IMG/VR virus record: IMGVR_UViG_3300011008_000010
Location: 73,796 to 137,795 of that record
DNA length: 64,000 nucleotides
Reading direction: 5' to 3' (one strand)
Source of the DNA: a virus
Taxonomy: Duplodnaviria; Caudoviricetes
Within the stretch, counting starts at the first letter, position 1. Every line of letters starts with the position of its first letter. Position numbers and translations under genes: made by a program. The notes under the pieces were generated by a model that ran no database searches, was not told the origin of the DNA, and saw only the letters and a list, made by a program, of their open reading frames with translations. Shown piece by piece: positions 59,116-64,000 of this stretch.

Positions 59116-59269
59116 ATTCTTCTCCCCAACTTAATTTTAAATGGTTGCCCGGAAACAGTTTCTCCTGTAATTACTACTCTTTCGCTTCTCCAAAGTATTG
59201 TGCCGTTATCACTTTCAACATTAAGTGATTCGCAATTTGTTCCATTCTGTCCAAGGCAACATAGCTATA

Positions 59270-59629
59270 CTAAGCATCATCTTCCATCAAGCTAACATCG
59301 CCATTAAAGAACCCCGGTCCTTTCGGATCATTTTGAACTTTTGACAACCTCTTTAATCTTGTATCTTTATTTACTTTTCTGATTGCTTCATGTGTGATAA
59401 GAGGATCTAAGTCATTTATATGTTCATAGAACAGCTTATAATCAAAATCAGCATTATCAAAGGAGTCTAGCTCGATCCACTTTCGCAATCCCCACAAAAG
59501 ATGATCAATGCCATTTGACGTCAAAACCACTTTCCCAGAAAAAACATCTTTCCTTAGTTCCTCGATCTTTTTGATTATCTCTTTCGAATTTTTCATATCT
59601 TTCTCACCATTGCATAATCTCTTTGCCAA
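59270..59629 (-). CDS. Hypothetical phage protein
   Basis: Co-oriented ORF; start uncertain. Confidence 0.55.
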   Translation of the reverse strand: MAKRLCNGEKDMKNSKEIIKKIEELRKDVFSGKVVLTSNGIDHLLWGLRKWIELDSFDNADFDYKLFYEHINDLDPLITHEAIRKVNKDTRLKRLSKVQNDPKGPGFFNGDVSLMEDDA

Positions 59630-59696
59630 TATGACTCAGGTATCCTTCAATCGTTATAATATCTCCAACAGAAAGCCTTCTTATATAACCCTTCTT

Positions 59697-59969
59697 CTAA
59701 TACACTCCTTGTTGCATCAACTTATACCTATTCAGCATTACAAGCTTTTCGCACGTCTTTTCATACAGTTCATTAATTTCCTTTTTATTTGTCGCCCCAA
59801 GTAATTCTGTTGCGCTTTGAACAAGTTCTAACCATGTTTTCCTAACAGCAATATCTATATGAAACGAATCTGCCACCTCAAATTCCCAGAAGTCTCCGCT
59901 TTTTAATAGATTCGTCTTTTCGGTTTCTGTATAAATTTCTCCAGAAGAAGATTTATAATATTTGCTCAT
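59697..59969 (-). CDS. Hypothetical phage protein
   Basis: ATGA start/stop overlap with the upstream gene. Confidence 0.6.
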   Translation of the reverse strand: MSKYYKSSSGEIYTETEKTNLLKSGDFWEFEVADSFHIDIAVRKTWLELVQSATELLGATNKKEINELYEKTCEKLVMLNRYKLMQQGVY

Positions 59970-60265
59970 CTTTCTTTCACCTCAAAACTGATACTATTTT
60001 CTATCGGCTGTACAGATCTCATTACGTTATTTGGACTATCGAGGTCTGTAATCCCCTCTAATAAAGACAGCACCTTCTTTGCTTTTAACTCCGTCTCTTT
60101 GCTTTGTGCAATAATTTTATTAATGATTTCATTTCGTTTGTCTATCTCCTCTAAGAGAAATTTAATCTTTTTATCTTTTATAATGTTATCGAACCTTAAT
60201 CTTGTAATATAGTAGGCCAGAAACAATCCGCATGCAATAATCAAAACATAACTAAACACCAACAT
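59966..60265 (-). CDS. TM plus coiled-coil phage protein
   Basis: N-terminal hydrophobic segment. Confidence 0.6.
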   Translation of the reverse strand: MLVFSYVLIIACGLFLAYYITRLRFDNIIKDKKIKFLLEEIDKRNEIINKIIAQSKETELKAKKVLSLLEGITDLDSPNNVMRSVQPIENSISFEVKER

Positions 60266-60587
60266 TATTCATCTCTCTTTTTTCAAATCTCTTACATCCA
60301 TGATTCGTGCTATAAGTGAATCGGACGGTTTGATTGTGTAAGTTACCATTTGAATCAACCATTTTAGGCATATTAATTGCATTTGTACACAGTGTTCTTT
60401 TTGTTTTTCTTCCTTTGTAATTTGTATCGGCCATTTCTTTATAATAAGCACAGTCTTTGCAGCGTCTACTTAAAAAGCTAATGAGTTCTTCTCTATCTAT
60501 ATACGATCTACCATTAATTTTCTTTGCGGGCATATCTGCTATATATTCAATTTGCCATTTCATTTTAGTTTTGTCCTCTGCTTTCAA
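60252..60587 (-). CDS. Hypothetical Cys-containing phage protein
   Basis: RCKDCAYY...C...GCKRFEKR. Confidence 0.6.
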   Translation of the reverse strand: MKAEDKTKMKWQIEYIADMPAKKINGRSYIDREELISFLSRRCKDCAYYKEMADTNYKGRKTKRTLCTNAINMPKMVDSNGNLHNQTVRFTYSTNHGCKRFEKREMNNVGV

Positions 60588-60619
60588 CTTGCCGTTACTG
60601 CGATAGTCTCCTGCTATAA

Positions 60620-60856
60620 TTATCTCCCAATTTTACTTATGGCATGCCACATTTTTTCAACCGCATCTATCATATCTCCTTTTATTTCCTCAATTTTCTG
60701 CCTGTTTTTTGCTTCTTGAAAAAATACAGATCCATGTCCACCAAGATCACTTTCCATTCTTCTGATGGCATCGTCTATTGTCAGACATTCCAGATATCCA
60801 ACGTAAGCAACGTTTTCTCCGTCACGTTCTTTTAAAATAATTTCAAATTTTCCCAT
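60620..60856 (-). CDS. Hypothetical phage protein
   Basis: AAGGT RBS. Confidence 0.6.
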   Translation of the reverse strand: MGKFEIILKERDGENVAYVGYLECLTIDDAIRRMESDLGGHGSVFFQEAKNRQKIEEIKGDMIDAVEKMWHAISKIGR

Positions 60857-60970
60857 AAGAGTTACCTTTTAAATTTAAATTTTTACATAAGATTATAACA
60901 GTCTATAATCCTTAGTATTCCATCAATCACTTTGATTCAGGCGGAAGTTTGATTTATGCGGTTTGTATAT

Positions 60971-61022
60971 CGTGGTTCTCCTTGTTTTATAAGCACCGTG
61001 GTTCTCCTTGTTTTATAAGCAC
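60971..61022. repeat. Exact 26-bp tandem duplication
   Basis: cgtggttctccttgttttataagcac twice. Confidence 0.95.
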
Positions 61023-61172
61023 CCATAAATACATGTCTCCAAGTTCCGTAAGCCACGGCCAGTTAATCGATGTTCCATGCTCAATCAGCCCTGCTGCATC
61101 CAGCGCGTAAAACACAAACATCCATATCGGCGAGTCATACAGGCTTTGCTTCCACCATGTTTCTATTTCCTT

Positions 61173-61397
61173 TCATATACATAAATATTTTTTTGCATAA
61201 TCTCTCAGGCAATCATCACATACGAGATCATCGTTAATCCAATACGCATCATCTTTATAGTATTCATCGTCCTCACCACGGATTTCTCTGCCACATATAA
61301 TACATTCTCCGATCAAAGGGCGTTTGATTTCTAAGTTATATGCATACATTTCTGCGTCTTTTACGGGATCGTCAGACCAATTCATTGTTATTATCAT
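61173..61397 (-). CDS. Small zinc-binding phage protein
   Basis: DDPVKDAE...CIICG...CDDC. Confidence 0.7.
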   Translation of the reverse strand: MIITMNWSDDPVKDAEMYAYNLEIKRPLIGECIICGREIRGEDDEYYKDDAYWINDDLVCDDCLRDYAKKYLCI

Positions 61398-61697
61398 TAT
61401 TCATTCTTCCACTATTTCCATATTCTCACCACCTTTCTTTGTGTCATCATTGGGTGAGTTTTTTCTTCGGGAAATCCCATGTACTCCATGAGCCGTCAAG
61501 CGCACGGTAATGAAACATACTGTTATCATCGAAGTGAAGCGTGAGGTTGAGACTATCCACATCTGCGGATTTGATCGTCTTTCCCTTTAGCCATTCCGTC
61601 GTGCTTGCCTTCGGTCGCTTTTCCTCAACTTGTTTCAATGCGTATTCAAACTCTCTCTGTGTCATCATTGTCACTGTCATCCGTTCTCCATAGAAGG

Positions 61698-62009
61698 TCA
61701 ATGGCTATTCTCAACGCTTCGCCTTGTGAGGTCTGTGGGCTGAGTTGAAGCGTGTTCGCCATCTCTACCAGTTTCTGCGCAGCTTCTTTGTTTGTCATTC
61801 CTGTTTTCACCACCTTCCTCTTTATACGGTTTAGGTAACGGCCTCCATGCATTTGCTAAATTTTCTACGATGAGAGGCAAACATTCTTTGCAGACGTGGT
61901 ACGATATAACGCTCGACGATTTTTTCATTTCAAAACCTTCTTTAATTTCGTAGAAGTTTATCTGAATAAGAACATCCGCAGCATCTTCACAAATATCACA
62001 TATTGTCAT
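61698..62009 (-). CDS. CxxC protein separated from its RBS by the IS110 (start ATG 62009)
   Basis: MTICDICED...CKEC; the ORF-track extension to 62117 lies inside the IS. Confidence 0.55.
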   Translation of the reverse strand: MTICDICEDAADVLIQINFYEIKEGFEMKKSSSVISYHVCKECLPLIVENLANAWRPLPKPYKEEGGENRNDKQRSCAETGRDGEHASTQPTDLTRRSVENSH

Positions 62010-62013
62010 GTTT

Positions 62014-62295
62014 ATAATCCGCCTTTCTGCGAAAGGCACCGATGGGGTTATGAAACCCCGTCGGGCTTCCGCACAATAGTGTTCTCCTGCTATACTCCAC
62101 TTACAGAGCCGGCACACTACAGAACCCGTGGAGGTGAGTGGCGGGCTGATAGCGGCAACCCCGCATGTTTATATGGTGTCGGTCGTCCGTAAAGGCATCA
62201 ATGATTGGCGCAAACCGTAGCCCGTAAACTTATCTCTTCCGAAGTCGACTCGATCTCGCCGGACGACCAGTCACTGCCGGTTCTGTAAAAATCTT
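62014..62295 (+). ncRNA. Candidate IS110 bridge RNA in the non-coding left end
   Basis: About 280-nt structured leader; 14-bp closing stem at 62101-62114/62275-62288; short matches to the donor and target junctions. Confidence 0.55.
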
Positions 62296-63561
62296 TTGCA
62301 GGAGGTGTCAATGTTCAAAATTTTTCGTAACAACTGCTGTGGACTCGATGTCCACAAAACCTGGATCTATGCCTGTATCGGAATCACTGATCCAAACGGC
62401 CGCACTGAGTATAAGGAAGCCCGCTTCTCATCCTTTTCAAAAGGCTTGCGGGAGCTGTCTGACTGGCTCGCCAAATACTCCTGTCATGACGTTTGTATGG
62501 AGTCCACAGGCAAGTACTGGATCCCTGTTTTTAATGTCCTTGAGCAGTCTTGCTGGGTAACGCTTGCGCACCCCAAATACACAAAGCCGCAAAAAGGTAA
62601 CAAGACTGACCGCAAGGATGCCAGATGGATCTGCGACCTGTATATGTGCGATATGGTTAAACCCAGTTTTATTCCGCCACCGGAAATCCGCCATCTCCGT
62701 GATCTGATGCGCTATCGTTTTAAGCTTACCAACATGATCACCGGAGAAAAGAATCGTGCCCAAAACTGCCTCACCGTATCCAATCTCAAACTGGATGATG
62801 TATTCAGCGATGTGTTTGGGAAGTCTTCCCGCTCCATTACCGAATACATTCTCGCCCATCCCGGAGAATCCTTCGATGTTACTCCGTTTGTGGATAAGCG
62901 ATGCAAAACTCCCATTGAAGAGATACAAGCGGCGGTCGATGGCGCAATCTCGCCGGAACAGGCTGTCAAACTTCGTCATTGCCTGACTCACATCGACGAG
63001 CTTGAATCGCACAAAGCGGAAATCGAGGCTGAAATCCTGCGGGTGGTTGAACCGTTTTCCGCCATCCTTGATCTCCTTCGCACGATTCCTGGGCTGAACA
63101 AAAACCCTATGACCGCTGTTTTGATCCTCTCCGAAATCGGCGGCGACATGTCCGTTTTTCCCACTGCCAAACACCTTGTTTCGTGGGCCGGATGCTGCCC
63201 CCGCAATGACCGGAGCGCAAAAAACACAAAATCAACCAGGATCGCACGCGCAGGTTCTTACCTGAAACCGCTTCTCGTTCAGGTCGCAAACGCTCTCCTG
63301 AAATCCAAGGAACACCCGGAATTCAAAGAGCGTTACCGTAGGATTAAGACTCGCCGTGGCCACAAAAAAGCCATTATCGCTGTTTGCAAGATGCTCCTGA
63401 CCGCTATCTGGAATGTCTTAAGCAAGCTGGAACCCTATTCGCCCGATGGATATTTACAGGATCGTCCTGTGAAGGAATCCAAAGTTTTATCAACTTCTCA
63501 GGCGTTAAATTTACTTCGTCAGCGCGGATATGTGATAAAGGACGATCCGGAAGCAGCGTAG
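62296..63561 (+). CDS. IS110 transposase/recombinase (start probably ATG 62311)
   Basis: GLDVHK, MESTGKYW, KTDRKDA (DEDD), TIPG and SWAG.CP...SA. Confidence 0.95.
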   Translation: MQEVSMFKIFRNNCCGLDVHKTWIYACIGITDPNGRTEYKEARFSSFSKGLRELSDWLAKYSCHDVCMESTGKYWIPVFNVLEQSCWVTLAHPKYTKPQKGNKTDRKDARWICDLYMCDMVKPSFIPPPEIRHLRDLMRYRFKLTNMITGEKNRAQNCLTVSNLKLDDVFSDVFGKSSRSITEYILAHPGESFDVTPFVDKRCKTPIEEIQAAVDGAISPEQAVKLRHCLTHIDELESHKAEIEAEILRVVEPFSAILDLLRTIPGLNKNPMTAVLILSEIGGDMSVFPTAKHLVSWAGCCPRNDRSAKNTKSTRIARAGSYLKPLLVQVANALLKSKEHPEFKERYRRIKTRRGHKKAIIAVCKMLLTAIWNVLSKLEPYSPDGYLQDRPVKESKVLSTSQALNLLRQRGYVIKDDPEAA

Positions 63562-63673
63562 CCTTAATCCATATATTCAGTTTTCAATTTTCAGCTGTCT
63601 CTTGACGGTTTATTTGTTGTGTTCTGCTTTATTGGCTATCCGCCACGACTATGTTTCAAACTTCTGTTTCCTC

Positions 63674-63916
63674 CTACCACTCACATGGAATTTCAAACAG
63701 CACCTTATCCTGCCGGATACTGACATCCCCGATCTCGTCAAGTGTGTATTCGTCTTTGTTTTTTGCTTTTGAGATGGCTCCGATGCCTCTACCGTTCGAC
63801 CACTTACGCACCACGCTTGCGTTGGTCATTTCAAGCACATCGTCGTATCGTTCCGTGATAATTCCGCAGATAATCCATCCATACTCACATACTACACATA
63901 CATTTCTGTTACTCAT
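63674..63916 (-). CDS. Small conserved phage protein
   Basis: AAGGAGG RBS; NASVVRKW...GIGA. Confidence 0.7.
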   Translation of the reverse strand: MSNRNVCVVCEYGWIICGIITERYDDVLEMTNASVVRKWSNGRGIGAISKAKNKDEYTLDEIGDVSIRQDKVLFEIPCEW

Positions 63917-64000
63917 TTTTGTCCTCCTTAAAATTTAAGATTTCAAACAGTTTCTTGCCGTAGCCGTCGCCGTAGCCGTAGCCGTCGCCGTAGCCGTTGC
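63909..64000 (-). CDS. 3' end of a Gly-repeat (GYGDG) protein, truncated by the window
   Basis: NGYGDGYGYGDGYGKKLFEILNFKEDKNE*. Confidence 0.6.
   Translation of the reverse strand, partial: NGYGDGYGYGDGYGKKLFEILNFKEDKNE

Larger units (their letters stand above)
62014..63663 (+). mobile_element. IS110-family element, about 1.65 kb, TT core
   Basis: GC-rich, on the opposite strand to its neighbours; removing it restores AGGAGG-10 nt-ATG. Confidence 0.85.

Noticed and set aside
62010-62117. N-terminal extension of ORF 61698-62117
   Set aside because: It lies within the IS110 left end; the native start is ATG 62009.
588-63938. Numerous 60-245 aa ORFs antisense to or nested within long genes
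   Set aside because: Shadow ORFs without RBS or recognisable motifs, overlapping well-supported genes.
63955-64000. gccgta/gccgtc microsatellite as a regulatory repeat
   Set aside because: Explained by Gly-Tyr/Gly-Asp codons of a minus-strand gene cut by the window edge.

Overview
The window is a 64 kb stretch of a large temperate tailed phage of a Firmicutes host, probably Clostridia-type; no host chromosomal genes are evident. Positions 1 to about 43.9 kb (+ strand) carry late genes: a 5'-truncated tape measure protein, baseplate genes, an unusually long cluster of modular fibre/adhesin genes with a cysteine desulfurase embedded in it, and a lysis cassette. They also carry a compact diversity-generating retroelement (VR 37393-37501, TR 37558-37666, 22 of 22 mismatches at TR adenines, RT 37787-38932, no avd) and further fibre genes. 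At about 44.1 kb an apparently intact attP (a tRNA 3'-end core inside a 19-bp inverted repeat) sits beside a tyrosine integrase, so this looks like the excised phage form. Positions 44.2-64 kb (- strand) hold early and replication genes: a RecD2-like helicase, YopX, DnaE with a 429-aa LAGLIDADG intein, an HNH-AP2 endonuclease and many small ORFs, interrupted by an IS110 with a candidate bridge RNA. The most unusual observations are: (1) matching N- and C-terminal peptide motifs across the fibre genes, suggesting a plug-and-socket code for chained fibres, one tipped by the DGR target; (2) mirror-image basic and acidic 28-aa repeat arms in the tape measure protein; (3) five IS200/IS605-derived scars at gene junctions, one resembling an orphan TnpB omega-RNA. 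Family names are from motif recognition only; no database searches were run.
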